From Eledone cirrhosa (taxonomy: Eukaryota): a stretch of DNA of 64,000 nt. The notes below the pieces were generated by a model. The model saw only the letters and a list, made by a program, of their open reading frames with translations. It did not search any database and was not told the origin of the DNA. The stretch covers positions 1 through 64,000 of the forward strand of contig CAXHJY010001184.1 in NCBI GenBank assembly GCA_964016885.1, in the 5' to 3' direction. Below are positions 13,430 to 26,143 of this stretch, one piece after another. The stretch's first letter is position 1; each line of letters begins with the position of its first letter. The translations under genes and the position numbers were made by a program.

Positions 13430-14150
13430 ACCTCCAGAATACAAAACGCGTCAAATTAGTGACCTTTCTTCAGGCATTTATACGAGTTTATAAGATAAAA
13501 GTAAAGTTTAAAAGTAAATAAAATGCTAAGAATGCATGATTACGAAAAAAACGTAATAAAACAAAGGGAAATAACTCCAATATGTGAATTTGAATTTTGA
13601 GAACACCCACGTGTTTGTGTTCATATACTACAGCAGAATTATTGCATTATGATTTGGAATGTAATCTAGAGACTGTAATATTTATTAAGGTATGGAGTAG
13701 ACTAGCATAGAACGTGTATTGTATTATGTAAGAATGGAAAGAGAAAGAAAAGATATAACGGAAGCATATAAATCAAATTAAGGTGATTGAAAATCAGTCA
13801 CACTTATTGAATATTTCCACTTAGCAAGCAGTTGGGTTTTGAGATGGTGGCATCCCCTGAAAATGTTGCCCTTTGAGTTCAAGTAGAAATTGTTCAGAGA
13901 TGGCAAACTTTGTAATATCCTAAATTTCTCATACAGGCAGAAATGATATTTCTTTGTATCTTTGGTGTATGGTCTAGATATTTCAAGTACCATCCAAAAT
14001 AATAAAATGGGGGACACCTTTGTCATTTAATTGCCAGACTTTTTTTTGCCAGGGTTATACTGGTTCTCATATCAGTTGCATTTAAGAAGGAATATGACTT
14101 CACTTTCAACCTATATCTGGAGTATAAAAGACAATAACATCTGATATAGG
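13430..14150 (-). mobile_element. Penelope-like element remnant: GIY-YIG endonuclease C-terminus plus downstream hammerhead remnant
   Basis: Peptides SITLAKKVWQLND and WMVLEISRPYTKDTKKYHFCLYEKFRIL...LNSKGNIFRGCHHLKTQLL resemble the PLE C-terminal pattern as I recall it (W.IL...PY....CxLCLxEK...LN.R.E...C.H). A CTGAAGA-stem II remnant lies ~300 bp downstream on the same strand. Confidence 0.75.
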
Positions 14151-14421
14151 TTACACTGGGAGATCTTAGATAAAGCTAGATCCTATAATGGAAATTAATG
14201 ACCGTTTAAGCTTTGCACTGCCAAAGCCCTAGAAATCCTTTATGCCAATGAATGAATCATAAACAAAAAATCTGAGGCAATTTCGGCTTTTTAGCATAAA
14301 TTGTATAAAATATTTTCGTATTACAGCCCAACATTACATCCTAACAGATAGTATGGACACTATGCTGATGTGCTAGCTAATAACAATCTATACTCAATTT
14401 TTCTTTATACATATATATATA

Positions 14422-16420
14422 TCATCATCATCATCATCGTTTAACGTCTATCTTCCACGCTAGTATGGGTCAGACGGGAGTTGTCCCACTTGAGGCAAGA
14501 TTGGTCGGGTGACCGTATCTCGCTCGTATAAGACTATTTGGCAGGTTTTCTACGGCTGGATGCCCTTCCTAACACCAACCACATTTACAGTGTGGACTGG
14601 GAGCTTTTTACCGTGTTACCTATACGACCACATTACAGCGTGGACTCTGTGTTTTTTTGTCGTGACACCTACACAATCTTATTAGTTTGGACTGGATGTT
14701 GTGGTACCAACATAACTTTATAGAGAAAGGGTGGGTTGGCGGGAGTGGGGGGATGGAGTAGGGATAGTGGGTTGGGTGTAATGTTTGGTTTGGAGGAGCC
14801 TATTGACTGTAGGTTAACTTTGCACGTAGGGAAGGCAGGTCTTCTGTATTACTGATTGGCATTGTCTTAGGTGGAAGTGTGCAAGGTTGAAATTTATCAT
14901 GTCGTCCCAGGTTTTTCTGGGTTTACCTACTCCGTAACTTCCATCAATTTTGGTCGCCCTGCACTTTTTTATACAGCTGTCGTCTTTCATGCGCATCATG
15001 TGACCATACCAATGTAATCTTCTCTCAAGTAAACAGCATCTGATCTCTCTTATTCCTAATTTCTCACTTAGTTCATTTATGTTTTGCCGTTCGTGTATAT
15101 TACTATTAAACATCTAACGGAGCATGCATGCTTCATTCCTTTCCAGTCTGCACAGGTCCTCTGCACACAATGCCCATGTTTCACTGCCATGTAACATTGC
15201 TGTTCATATACAAGCATCATACAATCTGCCTTTCATTTTCAGAGAGAAACCTTTTGTGGCCAACAGCAGTATAAGCTCTCTGAACTTTTTCCATCCCGTT
15301 CTGACTCTGGCAACTGTACTTTCAGAACACCCTCCACCACTGCTGATTTTATCACCCAGGTAATGGAAAGTGTCCACTATTTCTATAGAACAATCTGGGC
15401 AGTAGAAGAAGCTAGTATCCTGTGGGCACTTGCTACTTATTGTACCTGAGCATCGGCCACATATAAAATCTAAGTTCTTAGTTAGCTTGCCTGTGATCCC
15501 ACTACATCTTTTATGTACCTATAGTTTACATTTGGGACAGAATGGAATTTCTACCTACTCCTTTACTACACACTGAGCATGGCGATTTCCCAGAGGGCAC
15601 CTGTGCCCTATTTTCCTTTCTACATACTAGAACTTTAGTCTTAGACAAGTTAACTTTAAAGCCTTTTGACTCTAGGCCATGCTTCCACGTTGGAATTTCT
15701 TCTCTAGTTCAGCCATAGATTCAGCTATGAGAGTTAGATCATCTGCATATAGAAGTTCCCATGGGCAACCGGTCTTAAATTCCTCTGTTATAGCCTGAAG
15801 GGCAATAATAAAAAGGTGGGGGCCAAGGACAGAGCCTTGATGAACACTGACTTTTATGCTAAATTCTTCACAATATTCATTGTTAATTCTAAACTTGCTG
15901 ACTGTATCTTTATACATGGCTTGTATAGCTCTCACAAGCTATTCATCTACTCCTAGATTTCTAAGGGCCCACCAGATAATGGCGCGTGGGACTGTCAAAG
16001 GCTTTCAGCAAGTCAACAAAGGCTAAGTTGAGGGGTTTACTTTTAGCTAGGTATTTCTGACACTTTTACCTGACACAAACCCAAACTGCATTTCATCTAG
16101 ATCAATTTGATCTCTTATTAGTTGTGCTATAACTGTGTGACCTTCATGACCTGGTCAACTAACTTAATGCCTCTATAGTTTCCCCTATCTAGAGCATCTC
16201 CTTTACCCTTGTAGCAGTTAACGATGATGCTGCCATTCTGTATTACTTAGTTTACTATCCAGGTGACCATAGTATGTCCCATTATTCCAGATGGTTTCAA
16301 CATCTCAGCAACTATCTCCGAAGTCCCAGCCGCCTTGCCTGTCTTCATATCTTTGATTGCCTTACTTATACAACCACTAACTTGCACCACTGGTCCCTCT
16401 ATTGGATCGATTTGGGGAAG
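14422..16420 (-). mobile_element. RTE-type LINE, 5'-truncated and frameshifted
   Basis: RT motifs VHQGSVLGP and WELLYADDL plus the upstream KDMKTGKAAGTSEIVAEML segment; same 3' tail as the 46631 copy. Confidence 0.93.
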
Positions 16421-16438
16421 ATATATATGTATGTGATA

Positions 16439-16475
<37 letters not shown>

Positions 16476-16479
<4 letters not shown>

Positions 16480-16762
16480 AAATGAAAATCCGAAGGCAAG
16501 GTAAAATTCCAATCATTTAATCATGACACATGTTTCAATAAGAGATAGATCGATTGTGAAGCCATGATCGATTATCACTGATCTCATCAGGTGAAAATGA
16601 ATTGTCTTCAAATTCTTGATATGAGGGAGAAAAAATAACGATGTTCTCTCACAGAATTCATTCCCTCATATGGAGACACACCTGCCAGTCAGAGACAAGG
16701 CGACTGCTATTAACTTCAGTTGAGGTCATAACAGTTTTCAGATCTCTATCGCTGCAAAAGAC
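16476..16762 (-). repeat. Left arm of ~285-bp inverted repeat carrying a hammerhead motif
   Basis: Reverse complement of 17540-17825 with only scattered mismatches. Confidence 0.93.
16514..16599 (-). ncRNA. Type-I hammerhead ribozyme motif (slightly degenerate stem I)
   Basis: Minus strand reads CATTTTCAC-CTGATGA-[long stem II]-GAAA-C ATGT G-TC-ATGATTAAATG. Confidence 0.7.
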
Positions 16763-17539
16763 GCTGGACATCAATCAAATCTGTAGGGATACAGTCAGTC
16801 ACAGTTAAAAGTGAGTGGGTACACACTCACTCCACACCTACATACATCGGCTCGAGGTCAAAGAAAAATATATACATATATATACACACACATCAACACA
16901 GTATTAAACTCGTAGAATTAGCGTGGGTGGGTACACACACCGAAGTGATGTCCGAGAAAAAAACAAATATAAGAATGTACCAACACAGCACTCACCAAAA
17001 GTTACTTCGCAAAGCAACAGAAGCTATATCGGTCAAATCTCAATTTGACGATGTAAATTGGAAATATTGGGTTAACCAACGCTACACACACACACACACA
17101 CACACACGCGCGTGCGTGCGCACAAGTAAGTTCAGTTCAGTGTTCTGCTATACATGTATAGATCCAATTGTAACATCCATATCTTCAAGTGGGTGTTATG
17201 GTATATGGTATATACACATCCGAATCGTCCAAAAAAATTGGGGGGTGGGGGATGTCCGGATATACACATCCATGTGAAGAGCAAGCAATCAGCTCATGTC
17301 GAACTCCTTGTGTACCATTGTCCAGTTGAGAATCTGAGTCACCAAATCCGTGCGTGCAAGCAACTGCAATGTGGGCCGGCAAAGGGCTCCGTGTAGGGTT
17401 GGGTATTGGGTAAATGCGCCCACAAGTGCGATTTTCCATCACATGGGCCAATGAGCTTTTAAGATAGTTCTTTGAGTGGTGGAAGTGTGTTATCCAACAA
17501 AGAAGGTGAAGTAAGAAAGTGACACAGAAGGTGAAGTAA

Positions 17540-17825
17540 GTCTTTTGCAGCGATAGAGATCTGAAAACTTTTATGACCTCAACTAAAGCTAATAGCAGTC
17601 GCCATGTCTCTGACTGACTGGTGTGTCTCCATATCAGGGAATGAATTCTGTGAGAGAACATCGTTTTTTTCTCCCTCATATCAAGAATTTGAAGACAATT
17701 CATTTTCACCTGATGAGATCAGTGATAATCGATTATGGCTTCACAATCGATCTATCTCTTATTGAAACATATGTCGTGATTAAATGATTGGAATTTTACC
17801 TTGCCTTCGGATTTTCATTTTGATA
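17540..17825 (+). repeat. Right arm of ~285-bp inverted repeat carrying a hammerhead motif
   Basis: Reverse complement of 16476-16762. Confidence 0.93.
17701..17786 (+). ncRNA. Type-I minimal hammerhead ribozyme, apparently intact
   Basis: CAC/GTG plus CATTT/AAATG stem I; core CTGATGA at 17710-17716; stem II at 17717-17763 (GATA ATCGATT...AATCGAT C TATC); GAAA at 17764-17767; palindromic stem III ACATATGT; GUC cleavage triplet at 17773-17775. Confidence 0.8.
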
Positions 17826-17989
17826 CTTATACTCCGTTTTACATCATCTAGCTGTTTCCTTGAATGGAATTGGAGATATACAAAAGCGTGGAGAACTTAA
17901 TATTGCTAACATAAAGTTATTGGACCATTTTACACAACCAATAATGCACCTTACTATATAACAACTATATATATATATATATATATAAG

Positions 17990-18560
17990 TTCTTCATCCA
18001 CTTATGCCGGAGAGGGTTATGGGGGCAGACTCCCTAAACACTCCTTCCAGCAGGTCCTGTCAGAAACAACCCTCTTCAAATGATCGAACTGTATCTCCAA
18101 GCAAGATCAGCCAAGCTCATGGATGTTATCCAACCATCTTGCTCGGGGTCTACCCCTGATTTTCCTGCCGGTTGGTTTTGCCCGTACAATCTGTCCAGTG
18201 ATTCTTTTCTGAGATATTCTAACCACATGCCCATAGTATCGGAGCTGTGATCTCTCAATTCAGAGAAGTAGCAGCTCTACCTGGAGTGACTCTCTGATCT
18301 ATGAGCTACACATCTATCAAGTAATATTACCTCAAACACCCGTCAGAGGAATCCCACTTTGGCCACTGGTATTCCCGATCGTATTCTTTCAGTCATTACC
18401 CATGATTGGCACAAATATGGAATAGAAGATAGCAAGTTTGGCTTTTATGCCTACCTCCCTTCTGATTATTGAATGCTGCACCAGCTCCTGCAATTCTTGC
18501 ACTTAATTCAGCCTCCTGCCTTCCATCACTTCCACAGCTGGTCAATAAAACAGGAATATA
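17990..18560 (-). mobile_element. Second RTE-type LINE family, 3' fragment
   Basis: Minus translation IERSQLRYYGHVVRISQKRITGQIVRAKPTGRKIRGRPRARWLDNI...DRTCWK, typical of the RTE C-terminus. Confidence 0.8.
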
Positions 18561-18961
18561 CTTCTTTGCAATACTCCCACGATTTCTCGAAAACCTGCCA
18601 TAGTGGGAATATTTGGTTGACTATGTAGCGTCTGGGGCAAAAACCTCATAGTTTATCAGCTAGCTTGGACTTGACAACCTTGCATCTCTTTGCCAGACTT
18701 GACAACCTTGCATCTCTTTGCCAGACATGTAGCATAGACTTGACCAATGAAATCTACTCTCTGGCATACTGCATCCCTCTTGTAGCGAATTTCTCTCTTA
18801 GATCATTGTGTGTGTGGGTGTGTGCATATTTATATATGTATGTATATGTATCTCTCTCTTTATATACAAGTATATATGCATATATGTCTGTGTGTATATA
18901 CATGTGTGTGTGTGTGTGTGTAAATATATTATATTGTTCAATGATTTTGATACATGAAACT

Positions 18962-19052
18962 AAAAGTGTTACCTAAGATTTGAAGGTCCAATTATGATCA
19001 TCTCCCCAGATTTGGTTCATAATTGGACCTCAAAACCCTAGGTAGCACTTTT
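18962..19052. repeat. Fold-back palindrome, ~36-bp arms
   Basis: AAAAGTGTTACCTAAGATTTGAAGGTCCAATTATGA ... TCATAATTGGACCTCAAAACCCTAGGTAGCACTTTT. Confidence 0.85.
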
Positions 19053-20259
19053 TGTTTCATTTATCAACATAGATAAATAATATATCAGCTTTCACACCAG
19101 ATATAGCACAGTTTTTCCTTTTTCATATCCATTAATATATATGTGTATATATATATATAAATATATATCCTCTGTGTGTGTAAGACAATTTAGGGATAAG
19201 ATTATGAGATGGTTTGTTCCTAACCAATCTCTAAGAAAAGAATATAATTTTTACTGGATCTTTGAAACAGTCGTACTTATCTAGTGATAAGTCATTGTGG
19301 CGTTTGAGGTCTTGGTCTTGCGTTTAATCTCGATACACATCTAAAGCAGACAATTTCTTTTTTCTAAGTAACCAAGCTTTCTCTTTAAAAACTATTACAA
19401 AATGACGTACATGAAATAAAGTGCATGGGAAGTAACTCTAGGAATTGCCATCATGGGAAATAACTCCAATGTGAAAAATTCTACTGTATTTGATAATATT
19501 AGAAGGGAAGCAACTTTAAATAGCATTTATTAAGGCAAGGGAAATAAGTTTTAGCTGCTGTCGCAGTGTACGTAACTGTGATTTGAACGCTAATCCCGTT
19601 GTCTGAGAGTACGCAACACATCCAACACGCCACCCCAAGAGCTTTTTATACAACTCTGAGAAATAGTTATTCATAAATCTCGGTTTAAATAGATTCGCTA
19701 AAAAAATTATATAGATATATAGAAATTGAATAAAAGCGAGGTAACTCAGATGTGAGAAAAATTGTTTTTTCGGAATATAGATATATGCAATATATTTTTT
19801 ATAAGAAAAGAATTCATTGATGGTCATGTGGTACGGTAAAGGTAATGAGAAGTGTTTCAATCTCTATAGAATGGTTTATTTGTGTTTCTTTTATATAAAT
19901 ATATTTTATATAAATATATATTCCTTTAGTGCGACTACGTGCCTGATTTAATCGTTCATATCGACCCTAGCTTTTATCACCCAAATATATCATAGTTTAA
20001 AATATTGCTTCTCTTGTTAAAACTATTTGAAACGAATATTTGTTTTAACCCTTTAAGATCTGAATATTGGTAAACTTATTTGAAACACCGAATTTTTGTT
20101 ATTTCTATCTTTAGATGAGAATGTTGGATTCAAACTCTTGCTAAGGATTTTTAAAACGTGCTTTTCTTTGTACCTTTAGATATGACTCTTTGGTTCGAAC
20201 TATCTGTAAAGCTATTTGAAACGAGGACTTTTTCTTGATTTGCTTTTAGACTTCTAGGG

Positions 20260-20328
<69 letters not shown>

Positions 20329-20711
20329 TTACCTGCTTTAGCGTTCATGTTTTCAATTAAATGTTGGATTTTATCTTTTGCTATATGAAACGTTTTTCTT
20401 TTCAGTTACCTCCCTTGTCACACCTGAGTTGCCTTATTTTAAAGTGAACGAGATGCTTATCTATTCCACCCTTCTATCATACGGGCTACTGCAGTTTCTG
20501 ACTATTAAATCTCACCACACATGAACTAGCCTAAGACTATATATATTAAAATAGATTACCGTAAGGTGCCATACAGCAGAATTAGATGTAGATGGAAGCG
20601 CAATCACTAATCCCATAGATACGTCTCCGCCACATGTTCATTAGAAAATACAATTCGTGCAGTGATTATCTACCTTAGATACGAGTGACATAATTTAAAT
20701 TTACTTTATAT

Positions 20712-20900
20712 ATAATTGTTTCTACTTTTGGCACAAGGCCAGCAATTACCCAGTGCATTACTGGTACTTTATTTTATCGACCCGGTAAGGATGAAAGGCA
20801 AAGTTAACCTCGGCGGGATTTGAATTCAGAATGGCAAGGGCCGTAACTATGCGTCAAAACATGGCGTCCGACCCTCTACCAATACTGCCAATCCATCGCC
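20712..20900 (-). mobile_element. tRNA-derived SINE (main family)
   Basis: Full-length reverse copy. Confidence 0.88.
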
Positions 20901-20918
20901 ATTTATATATAACATATA

Positions 20919-21403
20919 GCTTATATGCCGGTGTACAAATCGATCCAGCGCATAGGTTGACTCCTAAAATTCTTAGGTCTAATTTAGGCTTAGCCTACAT
21001 ACGCCGGATAAGACATCTCAAAAAATAAGGCAGTTGCAGGGGAAATAATTCAAAACATTTAGTGGTGTGCTGAAGGCTGAGACACTTCAGTCACAAATTA
21101 GTTCTAACTCACTGAGTAAACTAGCCTACCCTTAACGAACCTATGAGCTACGGCAAGTCATTGATATTATAATTTCTACATTAAATAGACTTAACAAATA
21201 TGAGATTCAATAGGAAATAAATGTTGTGGGCTGCTAGAGTTATGGTAAGTGGTGTATAGCGAGTGTTAGGCAGGCAGTTTCACTGTTTTCCCATCACTGA
21301 TAAAGGTTCACATTTTATATTTGGTGGACAAATCGACCCCTGGTTTTGGAGAGAGAGATATTTTTAGCCTCCAAAATGTCCACTTGTACACCTGCATATA
21401 CGG
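20919..21403. mobile_element. Non-autonomous pogo/Tigger-like (Tc1/mariner superfamily) MITE
   Basis: TA-flanked imperfect TIRs GCTTATATGCCGGTGTACAA / TTGTACACCTGCATATACGG. Confidence 0.6.
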
Positions 21404-21529
21404 TATATAACTATATATATATTCCAACCCATGGTAGCATGGAAGATGGACGTCAAACAATGATGATGATATATGAGTCTGGAACTAGCTGTTGAAACGG
21501 GAAGAGCTCAGCCGCTGAGTCCTGACTTG

Positions 21530-21565
<36 letters not shown>

Positions 21566-22629
21566 CATCATATATTTTTACTCTTGATAATTTGATTTAG
21601 TCGGTTGAGCGTTTTGTTTTTTATTTGTTGTGAGAACTAGTTCTATGTTTAGCATCTTCTCACCATTTTACCATAGCAGTCTGGTTCGTCCTGCTACTGT
21701 AACATTGTAGTGGCTATCTTCACAGTACAAGCATCTAAATACTAACTGTTCACTTTGCTTATCTACTTTATCTATGTAGGATGCTTATGACTTTCGGTTG
21801 CTCATTTATAAGACTATTCCTGCTGGTGGGTTCTGACAAATTTCTTATTTCATTATAAATACTAATTAACAATATTCAATCTTTACAATTGACAATTCAG
21901 GCAGGCTTAAAACAGTGCAGTCCAGACACTTGAAATACAAGTTGTTTTTGGGGGGTTTTTATGTTGAATTTCTTAAATTTTTTTATTAGCCCTTATATAT
22001 TCTATTTGGGTATGGTTGCTCACAGAGAACCGGAACATATATTGCAAAGCATTTTTCAATTTGAAATTATGACTACCAAATTTTTTGGAAATCATCTAAA
22101 TCAGAGTTTCCCAAACTTTTTCAGGCTGGCTTCCAGGTAGATTCCTAGCACCCCTTCTTCCAATATACACATGGAAGCTTTTTTTTCAAAGTGAAAAACA
22201 ACAATATTAAATACAAAATATGTATTTCAAAAATAATAATTAATTCAATAAACTAATTTATTTGGTCTTCAGAATTACTGCCAATACACACATGCAAGCA
22301 TTTTTGTTTTTTTTTTGTTTCAAATTGAAAACAACAATATTAAACACAAAATATGATCTAAATAATCACATTTAAATATAGAGAAACAAAGAGATGAGTT
22401 TGGGTGTAGTGTGTCTCCATTTCAAAGTATTCAGCAGACTTAGCAAAGGGAGGCAATCAATTTTGTGAAAACCATTTGGTTATTTTCAGCAAATTGAAGA
22501 ACTTTAAAAATATTTTTTGTTGTGGCTGTTCATTCCCAGATCAAGCCTGATTGAGTAACTTCTGATCAAAAGCATTCCAGTCTTGACCATACAAAATCTG
22601 TGTAGAGGTATATAAAATTGTATAATATA

Positions 22630-22880
22630 ATCTGTAAGGTGGTCGTACTGGTGCCACGACACAAAGCACCCAGTCCACCCTGTAAGGTGGTTGTGTTTGT
22701 TCAATGCAAAAATCTCCCATTACACAATGTAAGTTACATATACTAGTTCTGTGACAAAAAGCACCCAGTCCACATTGTAAGATAGTTGTGCTGATGCCAT
22801 GACAAATATCACCCAGTCCACCCTGTAAGGTGGTTATACTGGTCCCATGACAAAAAGCACCCAGTCTACCCTGTAAGGTA
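22630..22880. repeat. Degenerate ~48-49-bp tandem repeat (RTE-tail module)
   Basis: About five diverged copies of gcacccagtccaccctgtaaggtgg..., the same family as 1-285. Confidence 0.75.
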
Positions 22881-23234
22881 GGACATACAGTCATAGAAAA
22901 CTAAGCCAAAAACTGAACATATAAGCAAGACACTTTACTTGTTAAGCCTCATCACATGACAACCTGTCTAACCTGTGAAAGCATGGAAAATAGATGTATG
23001 ATGATGATGATGGTAAGAAAATAAATTAAACATTCTAACTAATAAATTAAACATTCTAACTAATTAATTATAGTCATTATAATAAAATGTACCTGAAATA
23101 TAAACAAGAGAAACTAAGAGCTCCTTCATGAAGGGTTTACTAGATGAACCTAAAAGTTTTTCAATATCCTATGAAAACCTCTTTCAAAGAGACAACCAGC
23201 AAGACCCACATTTTATTAATTCTTTCTATTTTAA

Positions 23235-23560
23235 GGTAGTGAATTGGCAGTATTGGTAGAGCATCGTACAACATGCTTTACTGCATATAGTTACATCACT
23301 ATATGTTCTGAGTTCAAATCTCACCAAGGTTAGCTTTGCCTTTCATCCCAACATGGTCGATAAAATAAAGTACCAGTAACGAACTAGGATTGACTTAATT
23401 GACTTTCCCTTCCCTCTAAAATAGTTGACATTGTGCCTAAATCAGAAACCATTATTTCTTTCTATTTGAGGCTTGTGGATTGGTAGAATTGGTAGAGCAG
23501 CAGATAGAACGCTTTACACTAGTTGTTTCAGTACTGTGCTCTGATTTTAAATCCTGCCAA
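23235..23560 (+). mobile_element. SINE copies (main family, diverged)
   Basis: ttggcagtattggtagagc...gagttcaaatc...gcctttcatcc...gataaaataaagtaccag. Confidence 0.75.
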
Positions 23561-24447
23561 GGAGTCTATAAAAAAAAAGTAGTGTTTTGTTTAAAGACTA
23601 TCACAATGTGAATTGGACACTAAATGTTAAAAATATGATGATAAAGATGTGTCTACATCATAATCAACAACAACATCGTTTAATGTCTATTTTCCCTGCT
23701 TGCATGGGTTGGAAAGACTACCATGTTATAAGACAAGTCAGGTCAGGAGAACACATCTTCTTCATATGGATCTGTATTTTAGTTTGGTTTTTATGACTGG
23801 ATGCCCTTCCTAATGTCTACCACATTACAGTCTGGAGTAGGTGCTTTTTATCATGGCACCAAAATGGCCACCTAATAGGGTGGACTGGGTGCTTTTTATG
23901 GTTGCACCAAAACAACCACTTTTCCCTTCCTGTAAAATTGCTGACATTGGGCCTAAATTAAAAACCATTATTTCTTTCTCTTTGGGGGTTACACACAGAA
24001 CATTATATGGCTTTCATACAAAAGAGAACGTTTGCTTTACATATGAAACCAATTTATTTGTCAAATAAATCATACTGTTTTGTAACTTCCAATTAAAATA
24101 TATCTATTATCACACACAATTATTGAAAACCTAAAATAGATATCGCTCTTTCACACCTGCTATCTCTGCTTTAATAGAATGCACTTAGATATCACAGGCA
24201 GCGACTTGACAACAGTGAGTTGCTAGAATGGTATATGTTCTGGCTCTCTACAATTCCAGATTCAAGTCAACTTTGGTTTCAATAAATAATGTACCATTCC
24301 TCTCTTAGAGTTGATTACCCCCACCCCACCCGTCTCATATATATATATGCATAATGTGTGTGTATGTGTGTATACTGGGAGCATGGTTTCTATGACTTGA
24401 TATTTATCTAAAAACCTTTCATCATAATTTTCTGTAGAATCATTTCT

Positions 24448-24485
<38 letters not shown>

Positions 24486-24623
24486 GATATATATATAAAT
24501 ATTTCTTCATAGGAGCCTTTATTCTTATAGCCTGGTCTAATTGATTTTTTATGTGGTTAATTATGCTAATTGTGAGAGGAAATGGTGTATATATTTTATC
24601 AAATGATTCTATGGACATACTTT

Positions 24624-24659
<36 letters not shown>

Positions 24660-25239
24660 TCTCTCTCATATATATATATATATACAAGATATATATATCC
24701 CTTCTCTCTCTCTCTCACTTTATTTCTTTCTTTCTCTCTCCCACACTCTTTCCCTGCATAAGAAATCAATTAAAAATGCCCTCCAAGCCATGCAGTATGT
24801 TAATTTAATGAGTAAGTTGTTCAATTGATTGAGCCACTGGATGCTCATGTCATTCTCAACAGGATAGTCTATCTTATATTGCCACGATACATACCATACA
24901 TTGATCTATGATTACTGGAGCTCACATACCGAATGTGATTTATTTTTTCTAACCCTAACCCTTTTGATACCAAGCCACTTTAAATGGCCCTAGTTCTATG
25001 ATAGAAATGAAGCCCATCTCTCTTTTCAGGTTTGAACACAGATTATTTCTTCCAGAGAAAGAGTAAAAGTGAAAAAGATATAGAAAGAAAAACCCCAACC
25101 CCTGTACTGGACAAATACTTTATTTAAAGGCAAAGATGTTCCTGGTGAGATTTGAACTCAGAGCACAGAGAACTGGAATGAATACTGTAAAACATTCTAT
25201 CTGACGTTTTAACTAAGGAATATATAGATACAACTACAG

Positions 25240-25470
25240 TTAAAAGTTATTGTCACAAATAACCATGGGATTTGCACCTAGAAAGTTCCACCTTGGAGAG
25301 ACAAATCCAGGAAAGGTTGTTTGCGGAAGACTAGCAGTTTGCCATGCATACCAACCTCCCCTCTCCATACCAACGATGTTGTCCAAGGGAAAGACAAAGG
25401 CAAATAGAACTCATTTATACAGTCTGAGAATCAAACTCACAACCTCACAATTGAACGCTCTAACCACCAA
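25240..25470 (-). mobile_element. Dispersed SINE-like repeat (third family)
   Basis: Similar to 36105-36410 (accatgggatt..tagaaagttcc..gaagac.agca.ttgcc.atgcatac..gatgttgtc.aagggaaag). Confidence 0.55.
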
Positions 25471-25655
25471 GTCATTCACCTTTCAATACCAAACCACCCA
25501 AAGCCACCCCTGGTTATACAGCACTATGCTATTTATTTCAAATAGTTTACAAAGTGTACTGGGAGCATGGTTTCTATGGCTGTTGATATTTATTTAAAAA
25601 CCTTTCATAATAATTTTCTGTAAAAACCTTTTTAAGTTACATTTCAAACATTCCA

Positions 25656-26143
25656 TAATAATTGTTTCTACTTTAGGCACAAGGCCAGCAATTACCCAGT
25701 ACATTACTGGTACTTTATTTTATCGACCCTGTAAGGATGAAAGGCAAAGTCAACCTCGGCGGGATTTGAACTCAGATCGTAAAGGGACGTAACTATGCTG
25801 GAAAGCATGGTGTCTGACCCTCTACCGATACTGCCAATCCACAATGTTATGTAAGGACCTTTGTTAAGTTACATTCCAAACATTCCATAATAATGTTATG
25901 TAAGGACCTTTGTTAAGTTATATTCCAAACACGAACTTAATGGTTTCTGATTTAGGCACAAGGTCAAAACTTTGGGGAGAGGTGAAAGTCGATTAAATTG
26001 ACCCCAGTGTGTGACTGGTACTTTATTTTATCAACCCCGTAAGGATGAAAGGCAAAGCTAACCTTGGCAGGATTCGAAGTCAGAACATTAAGGACCGTAC
26101 CTCTATGCTGCAAACATGTCCAACACTCTACTGATACTGCCAA
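25656..26143 (-). mobile_element. Two SINE copies (main family)
   Basis: Reverse copies at about 25656-25842 and 25940-26143. Confidence 0.85.

Noticed and set aside
17185-17709. 174-aa minus-strand ORF within the inverted-repeat element
   Set aside because: No recognisable motif, and the equivalent frame is disrupted by an indel in the left arm.
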